In this document: positions 53,853 to 64,000 of the stretch, in pieces | Numbering within the stretch: position 1 is the stretch's first letter | Layout: each line of letters starts with the position of its first letter | NCBI RefSeq assembly: GCF_001194135.2 | Contig: NC_068985.1 | Location: 122,330,096 to 122,394,095 of the forward strand | Direction of reading: 5' to 3' | Source of the DNA: Octopus bimaculoides | Lineage: Eukaryota | DNA: 64,000 nucleotides | The notes under the pieces: model-generated | Told to the model about the DNA's origin: nothing | What the model saw: the letters and a program-made list of their open reading frames with translations, nothing else | Databases searched by the model: none | Position numbers and translations under genes: made by a program

Positions 53853-56745
53853 ACACACACACACACACCTAGACAGCGCAAATCTATGAGATATGTATGG
53901 GAGAGAAGAGAAATGTCAAGCTATTCTAACCAATAGTAGAACTCATAGTTGAGTCATAGCAGTAGCAGCAGAAGGATTTAGCAGCAGTTTTCCAAATAAT
54001 AAATGTTAATAAGATCTCTCCCTCTCTCTCTCTTTTTCTCTCTCTGTCCCCTCTTCTTTTGAACGCTGTGACGTCATGATACAGCGTTGAATTTACCGGA
54101 GAAATGGTAAGAATTTCCAGAAGGGATAATGAATAGGGAGAAAAAGGCCTTAAAATACGATGAATGATGCAAAGATTGGAGAATTTTAAACGCAAATTAC
54201 ATCTGAAACAATAAAACAGTATATAGTAACGTCATTTTACTTTCGCCGGAAATAAATAAAATGGACAAAAATAATATAATTAAAAAACTAAACCACTATG
54301 CAATTTCAACATATGCTAATTACACAGACATATATAAAAAGACTTGGATATTTAATTATTTTACTCTACTACTACTACTACTACTCATGCATTCGAAAAT
54401 AAATATATATACACACACGAGTGCTCGCACATGCATATATATATATATGCATTCATACATACGCACATACATATATATGCATACATATAAATACTCATAC
54501 ACTCACATACATATATGCATGCATGTGCATATATGTGTCTAAGCATACACACATATATTCATGTTTACACGCATTCGCAGTACGTACTCATATACACATC
54601 TGTGTACGTATCTGCTAAGCATGTTTCCATCTTGTATTAAAATGAGCAGCAATAGTTATTCATAGAAATAAATGCATGGCAATTATAAGGAAAATATTTC
54701 TTTTGGAACAAAGCGACTTACAGAGAGTTCAACATATGTTGCAAGAAATCAAGTTTATAGTAATGATACAATGATATATCAGGCCAGCTAAAGTGCAAAG
54801 GAACAAAAATAAAATCTAGTCAAAACGATTTCTAGCAGTCATGCGTTTAAAGAAATCTATGGACATACACCGTCTTCATCTGTGATACCTGCTACGACCG
54901 TGCCAAGGAAAGGTGTAAAGCATGTTATGCATTTATTTCAAAATATGGTTGAATTTATTTGCACATACGTCTTCGTTTTAAGCTGTATTAGATATCATAT
55001 AATTACAACTAAACCTGATTTTTTTCTACTTTCATTGAGCGCTCTGCTAATCGCTTTGCAGGAAAATTACTTTCGTTATAATTACAAAGCATGTATAAAT
55101 GTAGTTACTAAAACACACACACACACACACACACACTCACACATTGTAACTAACTAGTGGGTACCTGTGGAAAATTTACGGATGAAAAATATTCAATTTT
55201 ATAGTTAATTAGCTGCAGCATATCGAAGATAATAATTGATTAAAATGGCATGTTACTCTTTATCAGTTAACAGAAAATTAAAATGTACATAATTATACAA
55301 CACCCTCTTTCTCTCCTTGTATATATATATATATATATATATATNNNNNNNNNNNNNNNNNNNNNNNNNNNNNNNNNNNNNNNNNNNNNNNNNNNNNNNN
55401 NNNNNNNNNNNNNNNNNNNNNNNNNNNNNNNNNNNNNNNNNNNNNNNNNNNNNNNNNNNNNNNNNNNNNNNNNNNNNNNNNNNNNNNNNNNNNNNNNNNN
55501 NNNNNNNNNNNNNNNNNNNNNNNNNNNNNNNNNNNNNNNNGCATAACTACAGAGTTCTACCCCCCAGACTTTGGAAGGTCATAACTTTCAGAAAAATGAA
55601 TATTTTTTAATGAAATTTTCTATGCATATTGTATTTATTATGTAGATTCCGAATATATATAGTTGTAAACTTGTGTACATTATTCTTCAGTATTCAGCCA
55701 ACTAAACGACCTGTCAGCGTTTCACCATAATATAGACATACTATAAACGATCGGTTACTAAACTACTTGTCAATGTAACCAGAAAATCAGATGAAGTGCA
55801 AGTTCTATAGCAGCTTGATTGCTTTTGGTGTTCTACTTAATATTAAAGGAAGAGGGATGATAAGGGAAGTAACTCTTTTATAGTTAACCATTTCAATATT
55901 CGGTTAGTCAGGAGAGGTGAGGAGGAAAGTAAAACTAAGAACGCGTTTTGTGCTGAACATTTTGTGAGTTTTTGTTGCCCAATATTGTATAACTTTAGGC
56001 ATTAAATACGTAAAAGAAACTGAACTTTGGATGGAGTTTACAATGTTAGATGACCAATATATACATAAGAAATGTATATAAATAAGAGAATATAAATAAG
56101 AACAATTTGATATAGAGAATTAGTGTGTGGAAGGTTGTATAAGCTTAAAAATTTACTGCTAATATGAGTGAAAGATGAGTAAAAAAGGCAAGGAAATCCT
56201 TATACTGAACCAGGGATGGCGGCTAAAGTAAGGTGCTAGTTGATAACATATATATGCGCGCGAACACATACACATACACGTAATGTATGTTGTCCGTGCA
56301 TGTATGAGTGTGTATGTGCGTGTATATATATATATATATATATGTGCATATATACATACATACATATATATACATACCTACATATATATGTATATATACA
56401 TGCATATATGGGTACAGGACGTCAAAAAACGTGAACAAAATGAAAAACGAGAACATTAAAAAACAAAAACATGGAAAACGAACTTTTTTCGAACAACGAA
56501 GGAAACAACGAAGAAACGAGACAGGCAACATAAAGAACAATCACTTCATCAGACACATACATACATACATACGTGCACATACACATACATATGTATATGT
56601 GGTTTGCACATATATACATATACACGTAAATGTAAGTATATATATCTTCTTTTTTTTTTGTTTCAGTCATTGGACTGCAGCCATATTAAGGCACAGCCCT
56701 AGTACCTTTAAGGGTTTAGTCGAACAAATTGACACCAGTAACTTT

Positions 56746-56921
56746 GGTAATTTTTCAGATTAACACCCGCAAGATTTTCACTAGTGTGTTAGGGTTACGG
56801 TTTTAGGGTCAGTGTTAGGGCTTTAGGGTTAGGGTTAGGGTTAGCGTTAGGATTAGGGTTAGGCTTAGGGTTTTAGAGTTAGGGTTAGGTAACCGTGCGG
56901 GTGTTAATCTGAAATATTACC
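56746..56921. mobile_element. 176-bp MITE with 26-bp TIRs enclosing degenerate (TTAGGG)n
   Basis: TIRs 56746-56771 / 56896-56921 (1 mismatch); 9 perfect and 7 variant TTAGGG units at 56789-56890; flanks gtaacttt / gtaatttt; interrupts a SINE copy. Confidence 0.8.
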
Positions 56922-57058
56922 GTAATTTTTTTTAAAGTTTGGTATTTATTCTACCGCCTTCTTTTTGTCGAAATAGTAAGTTACGGGGATGCAAACAAAC
57001 CAACATCAATTGTCAAGCGATGGTGAGAGACAAACCCAAACACACACGTATCAAAGTA

Positions 57059-57104
<46 letters not shown>

Positions 57105-57416
57105 ACTTTAATTTTATGGGTCTGTCTCTACATGTGCATGTGTGTGTGTGTGTGTGTGCATGGGCGACATGCAAGTGCGCGCATGCGCGGTGTCTGCGTT
57201 TGTGTTCTTTAAACAGCCGTAGCTAGCTAACATAATATTTTAATAGCTCTGTTAATTGGAAGCAAATTAAAGGACAATAGAAGACAAAATCCCATGTAAT
57301 CAAACAGCAAAGCAGTTGTCCAATTAATGAACATCATGCATTATGTATCCGGATCCGTATTGACTTGCACTAACCAGAACAACCATTCCCTCTATAACCG
57401 TTGCCATCATCATCAT

Positions 57417-57459
<43 letters not shown>

Positions 57460-58979
57460 CGGCATCATTTCTACCCGGGGAACCGGATTTGCTAGAAATA
57501 ACAGCTAAATCTCACAAATTTCACCCAACCGACTTAAAAACAGGTACGTTTGGTAATAGGATCCTAAGTTTCTCACACATGGTCTGGCCTTTTGTATGCT
57601 CGATCAGGGCTGGCTTTGAGTTAAAAAAACAAAACACCCACTATTCTAGCATCACTATCACTACACCGCCACCACCTCCAGGGACCACAAAAGACCGAGT
57701 AGTATCACCACCTTCACTACCGCCAACACCTGCACTACTGCACTGCCACCACTATCATCAATTACCCTCCTCCATACCACAATCAATCGATCTCTGCCAT
57801 CAATCACCCTCCATCACCATGATATCGACAACCCACGACCACCACCGCCGCCGCTGCCCCCACCCCCCACAAAGCATTAAATGTAAAAGGTGAAAAACTC
57901 TCCATCACCGCTTGTCTCATACATAATATATGTGAAACGTCATGCGTATAGCATCTCAGGTGACTCAATGAAGTTCCGGTTAGACAACAAGAATCAATTA
58001 ACTGCTCATCAGAGACAAGTATGCATACATTATATTATCGTAGAAATCGAGACAATGACTTGCTAGAAATAGCCAACAAATCACTCTCAAATCACACGCG
58101 GCCATCCTCAATAATGAAAGGTTTATTAGACTACGCAGTCCCTGATTTATAAAAATGACAAGACGGTCGATGCTTAAAGGTCTTTGAACGTTGTCCTGCT
58201 TTAGCAGAGCTGACCTGGGGTTAATCAACAACTAGATACTTTTTTATATTTCTGAATTTCTTTAGGTAGTCCTTAAAGTTTTTGGTACTAAACGTTAACA
58301 AGAATATATAACGAGTGGATTAATAGCAGATCTGTATGGTCGCTAGATCTGTTAAAAATAGCAGCCAAATTCCTCTCAAATCCACTCCTACCATCTTAGA
58401 AAAAAAGGATACTAAAAAATATGATCTTAAATGAAAACAAGAAAAAACAGCAGCGGTAGCATGCTCACAATCACTTTAGAGTGTATGGAAAGTGTTGCGA
58501 CGATAAATTCTCAGTGAACTGAACAATGGAGATTGAGGTTCCGTTCCACTCATAGTTGAAAAAAAAAAAATATTGCCATTAAATTGATGAATACTATTGG
58601 TGGAAATAACTGTATGCACGCGCGTCTGGCTTTCAGCAATCCACTTGTTGCTCCGACGTAGTTTTTGTCGGTTCACCCATCCCTTTTGCAGCACTATAAC
58701 TGCCTTATACATTAAAAAAAAAATACTCTCTACTTAACATGTATCTATTTTCAACTATGGACTGTCGGTGTATACACACACACACACACACACTATGGCT
58801 TGTTTTTGGTATCATGCGCAACTATAGTCAACTTGTTGCTTCTGTTGATGAGTTTGTGGCACCTATAGACGGTTATTAAGTGTCCGGTAATCAATGTTGA
58901 GATTTTTTTTGCCACATGTCACTACGCTGAAGTGCAACTTAGACAATCGATCTCCGCCATCAATCACCCTTTCTTTTTC

Positions 58980-59430
58980 TGGTCTTGTGCGGATTCGGGC
59001 ATGAACACTAATTTTTTTTTGAACCCGAATATTTTTAGGGATTCATTGCGGAATGGGGTTATTTGGTAGAATTTGGTTGTGTCGGATGATATTATGGAGA
59101 TTCTCCGACAGATGTTCTTGGCTATATTCTTTATTAATACAACTTAACAAAACTGGATGTGAACTATGTAATAGACATCTAGAGACAGTAAGACTACTGA
59201 ACTGGTCAATAGGAAGCGGGTCAAAAATTTTCAGAGAAACAACTTTTGGATAATTGTGTGTGGAAAACAATATAGAGTTAAATAAGAGAGAAGCATACTG
59301 ATAAAGATAGAACGTATAGACAATAAAGAAGAAATATAACTTTAGATACCAGCCAATGAAAACAGTAGCCATAGGCAAAATAACATGCACCAGGCAGTTC
59401 TCGCTTGAAGATCGTAAGAGCATGAAACTT
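58980..59430 (-). mobile_element. Possible Penelope-like RT C-terminal remnant
   Basis: NYPKVVSLKIF, NLHNIIRHNQIL and SVHARI resemble the PLE thumb/linker region; weak. Confidence 0.35.
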
Positions 59431-62400
59431 GAGTTATTAAGAAAAGAAATCTATTTATCTGTCTGTCCGCCAATATATATATATATATATATAAATTCCA
59501 CTCATTATACCTCTAAATTATTTTGATCATTGTCATCACTTTTTTAAAGGAGTTAATAGAATAAAAGAATTTCCTTGACAAGGAAATATATATATGCCAT
59601 TATGCATGTATTCAATATTTCACTTGACACAAGACGTCCACCTCATCCCATTTGACTAGTTACATACTGGGATATTCAATTTTTCTGAAAGTGTACAATG
59701 ACCTAACAACTACTCTATGCTGTGACTAATGCGTATGTTAATTAAGAATCAGAAATTGACCCGAAGTAAACCATATTAAGATAATATAGAATATTTACCA
59801 CAAGTTAGCTCACTGGATAACTAAATGATTTGATGACTACCCATTTCGTCAGCCGTTATTGAAATAAAGTAAGTTGTTCGTTTCAATATACAATATATAG
59901 ACAGCCACGGCTGACATCAATGCTGATTGTTACAGGAATTGATAGTAAACGGGCAAATTGAAAAGGTGGTCGCAGCCTTTGCCCCCCCCCCCACACACAC
60001 ACATCATGGCTGTCTCCACTTTGTCTTTTTGTTCGTTCCTTATCGACTTACCAACTAATCGTGATGTAAACTATGATAATACATTGTGCGGTGAAACAAT
60101 GCATTGTCAGGTGAGGAAAATCCTGCTATTGCTACCATGTGAGGCAGTACTACTTGTTTAATGGTCGAGTGATCGGCGACTAAACCGGCTCCCCTACCTG
60201 ACTTGCCAGGTGAGGAGGGTGTTGTGGAAACTTTGCAGGACTAAAAACAAGACCTGTCAAGGGACGGATGAGCTCAATGTGAACCGTGCAGCTGGTCGAA
60301 GACCGCAGTCACGAAAATTCCAATGAAAGACATTCTGTGCTCTCGAGTTGGAGTCGATGTTCACAAGTAATGTGGCGCAGAATGGAAGAAAAAAGATATT
60401 TGTATATGTATGTCTGCATTTATATTCACACACATATATTTATATATGTACATATATATGCACACATATATATATATATATATATATATCATCATCATCA
60501 TCATCATTAATGGGGTGGAAAGGAAGAATCGGTAGAACATCGGACAAGAATGCAATTTGGAGTTTGTTTGCATATCGTTAGGTTCATTATACTGCAAGGG
60601 TTCAACTTTTGTTTTATGTCTCCGATATTGATATAAAATACAATACTGCAATGTACTTATACACGGATGTGTAACCGTCATTATTATTTTCAGTATATCA
60701 TATATTAACACTGGATTTGACACAATGGACACAACATAGACACGGATATTAATTAGCTGCGTCTTTCGATTCTTGTGACAACAGATAATTGTTTTCGATG
60801 AGAAGCAGTTTTTATTCATTTTAATTTTTCACCGGAGAAAAATGGAAGAATGTGTGAGTCGTGTTAACTATTTTTAACAAATGATACGTCATTCATACAT
60901 TATATATATTACATACATACATTATAGAAGATATTCAAACATGCATGCATATATTATGTATATACATGCATACATATAGACAGACAGACAGATAGATTGA
61001 CAATTAAATTTAAATAGATACATAGCTATAGATAAGCAAATAGATAAGTAGACAGACAGACAGAAAGACAGACATATAGATCGATCTATCGATCGATCGA
61101 TCGATAGATAGATAGATAGATAGATAGATAGGAGTAGGACAGCAGGCCACAGTCAATATCAAAGGTAGACACTTGGTATGTTGCAAGATAGATTCCTTTA
61201 TTCAACAACCCTCAATTTTCATTTAACTGTGAACAATACATATTTGAAGGCTACCCTTGACAGGTCGATACCTAAATCTAGAGTGGAAAAATTTTAAGCT
61301 GTACACATTTGCCTACGTTAAACCCAAAGCTATAAATGAAATTTATAGTACTTGCATTTCGTATAAATAGAAATAAATTATCTACAAGATACGCATTCAT
61401 ATAATGGCGATCACAATAGAAAACTATGGAATGCCAAAGATGCTATTACTTTGGTTTCACTTTCACTTTTAGCATTACTGCTTCTTAATAAAAGTGATGG
61501 TGATGTCTTAAACTCAAAGATTGCCACATATCTAATATTGTGAGTCTAAAATACCTAATTGGAATTCATTAAATATGTTAATTTAACTAGTAGAGTTTCG
61601 GAATAGCTTTCACTGTCTCAAAGAGAACAGAAAAGAGCACGGAATTAGATAGCAAAGATGTAAAAAATTGAATATTTGGGGAAAAAAATCTTTCACCATC
61701 GTTAATTTGCGTTGCATGAAACACAAAGCGAAAGAAACAACCACCTAATTGTTTGCCTTTTCCCTTCTCCATGGAGTAGTGACAGCTATTCCAAAAGTCT
61801 GCCATTTAACTATAGTTTTCTCATGTGGATGGTGTCTCTGAGAAATTGGCTTTCCCCTCCCCCCACAATTTATTTTAAAGATGTCTTAAGTTTCGATTTT
61901 CGAGCGTTTGGAATTGAAATTCTGCCTGAATTCACTTTACCTATAATTCCTTTTGCTATGGCGGTAATAATGGTGTAGTGAGTGGTGTAGTGCCGATAAC
62001 GTTAGCTATCTGGTATGTACCTTTATCGATTTTGCAATCATCTACACCAGAGCTCTCCCTCCTTCCCCCTCCTCAAATTTCTGATCTTGTGGAAATGTTA
62101 AGAAATTGGTACATAAATTTATATAAAAAAACAAATTTAGAGGTAAAAAAAAAAAAATTAAGTGTGCAAATTTTTATAAATTTCACACATATTACAAACG
62201 ACTGATTGACTATATATGGACAATAAATGTTGTCCCTACTCTTCTCGCTAATTATTCATGTATGCATTTAAACACACCCACCGACACGCACACACACACA
62301 CNNNNNNNNNNNNNNNNNNNNNNNNNNNNNNNNNNNNNNNNNNNNNNNNNNNNNNNNNNNNNNNNNNNNNNNNNNNNNNNNNNNNNNNNNNNNNNNNNNN

Positions 62401-63316
62401 NNNNNNNNNNNNNNNNNNNNNNNNNNNNNNNNNNNNNNNNNNNNNNNNNNNNNNNNNNNNNNNNNNNNNNNNNNNNNNNNNNNNNNNNNNNNNNNNNNNN
62501 NNNNNNNNNNNNNNNNNNNNNNNNNNNNNNNNNNNNNNNNNNNNNNNNNNNNNNNNNNNNNNNNNNNNNNNNNNNNNNNNNNNNNNNNNNNNNNNNNNNN
62601 NNNNNNNNNNNNNNNNNNNNNNNNNNNNNNNNNNNNNNNNNNNNNNNNNNNNNNNNNNNNNNNNNNNNNNNNNNNNNNNNNNNNNNNNNNNNNNNNNNNN
62701 NNNNNNNNNNNNNNNNNNNNNNNNNNNNNNNNNNNNNNNNNNNNNNNNNNNNNNNNNNNNNNNNNNNNNNNNNNNNNNNNNNNNNNNNNNNNNNNNNNNN
62801 NNNNNNNNNNNNNNNNNNNNNNNNNNNNNNNNNNNNNNNNNNNNNNNNNNNNNNNNNNNNNNNNNNNNNNNNNNNNNNNNNNNNNNNNNNNNNNNNNNNN
62901 NNNNNNNNNNNNNNNNNNNNNNNNNNNNNNNNNNNNNNNNNNNNNNNNNNNNNNNNNNNNNNNNNNNNNNNNNNNNNNNNNNNNNNNNNNNNNNNNNNNN
63001 NNNNNNNNNNNNNNNNNNNNNNNNNNNNNNNNNNNNNNNNNNNNNNNNNNNNNNNNNNNNNNNNNNNNNNNNNNNNNNNNNNNNNNNNNNNNNNNNNNNN
63101 NNNNNNNNNNNNNNNNNNNNNNNNNNATATATATATATATATATATATATATAATTCTTAAACAAAAATGTTGTTGACAGTGGCTTCGAAGTTTCGGCCA
63201 GCTCGTCGATAGCTTAGCTGTATATATGCATATATATGCACGCACACATGTATATTACACGTTCGCCACACACACGATATTCTGATGTAAACGAAGACTA
63301 GATATTTTTTATTTAC

Positions 63317-63355
<39 letters not shown>

Positions 63356-63968
63356 CCTTAGTTTCCGTTTAAGGAGGCACTGAGAGAATGAACAGTATAC
63401 ATATTATGTGTGCGTGTGTGTATGTATATATATATATAAGCAAATAGAGATTTCCACGAATTATTGACACATCACCGCGCTCATGTAATAATGACATTTA
63501 TTCAGAAATTCAACATTATTGATAGTAAAACGAAACTTCGCGCATTTATTTCACATCCTATGCATTAATGTTTATTGATCTACCTGTGTAATCTACATAC
63601 ATTTTCATCATTTTTTTTTTATGTGACCAACACTGGAAGCTAGATTTTTAGAAGCACCAGAAAACCGAAATTATATAGAACTACTGTGATGGGAGCGACA
63701 GACAGCATAAAAAGATTCAGTAGCGTAACTAAGCCCGTCTTAACAGTAGTCCTGCAAATGCTTTTCTCTGTTCTTTTCCAACACTCAGTTGCGTGAGTAG
63801 ATTCGTTCTCATGTTAATGGTGTTAAGTAGACATTGTCTTAGATACCAGTTATATACTAGGATCAAATTCAGCCGATAATACCATTCCTGCCTAATTTTG
63901 CAGCTTTGTGCCTATGTAAGAAATCGCACGGAAACGCGCGCACACATGCATACACACACATACGCTAA

Positions 63969-64000
<32 letters not shown>

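Noticed and set aside
57960-58020. Minus-strand CTGATGAG followed by GGAAC
   Set aside because: No GAAA core and no convincing stems.

Overview
AT-rich, microsatellite-dense animal genomic scaffold with many N gaps. The SINE/RTE/microsatellite make-up suggests a cephalopod (Octopus-like), but that is inference only. The one host gene I can support is a beta-tubulin on the minus strand: coding exons 2-4 at 38110-38002, 31205-30850 and 29595-28780, with canonical GT-AG introns and 445 aa if the usual 19-codon exon 1 is added. I could not find exon 1 in the sequenced bases. The rest is largely decayed mobile DNA: a DD41D Tc1/mariner with a nested solo-LTR-like insert, a mariner deletion derivative, two Gypsy remnants with LTR and PBS, RTE/CR1/L1-Tx1 LINE fragments, three Penelope-like (GIY-YIG) remnants, tRNA-derived SINEs and several MITE/foldback elements. 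Most ORFs in the supplied track are spurious translations of microsatellites or gaps. The most notable observations are a complete-core type I hammerhead ribozyme (43699-43626, minus), a 176-bp TIR element carrying telomeric TTAGGG repeats, a near-perfect 36-bp hairpin, and several apparent template-switch palindromes. I see no clear evidence of a new multi-gene system.
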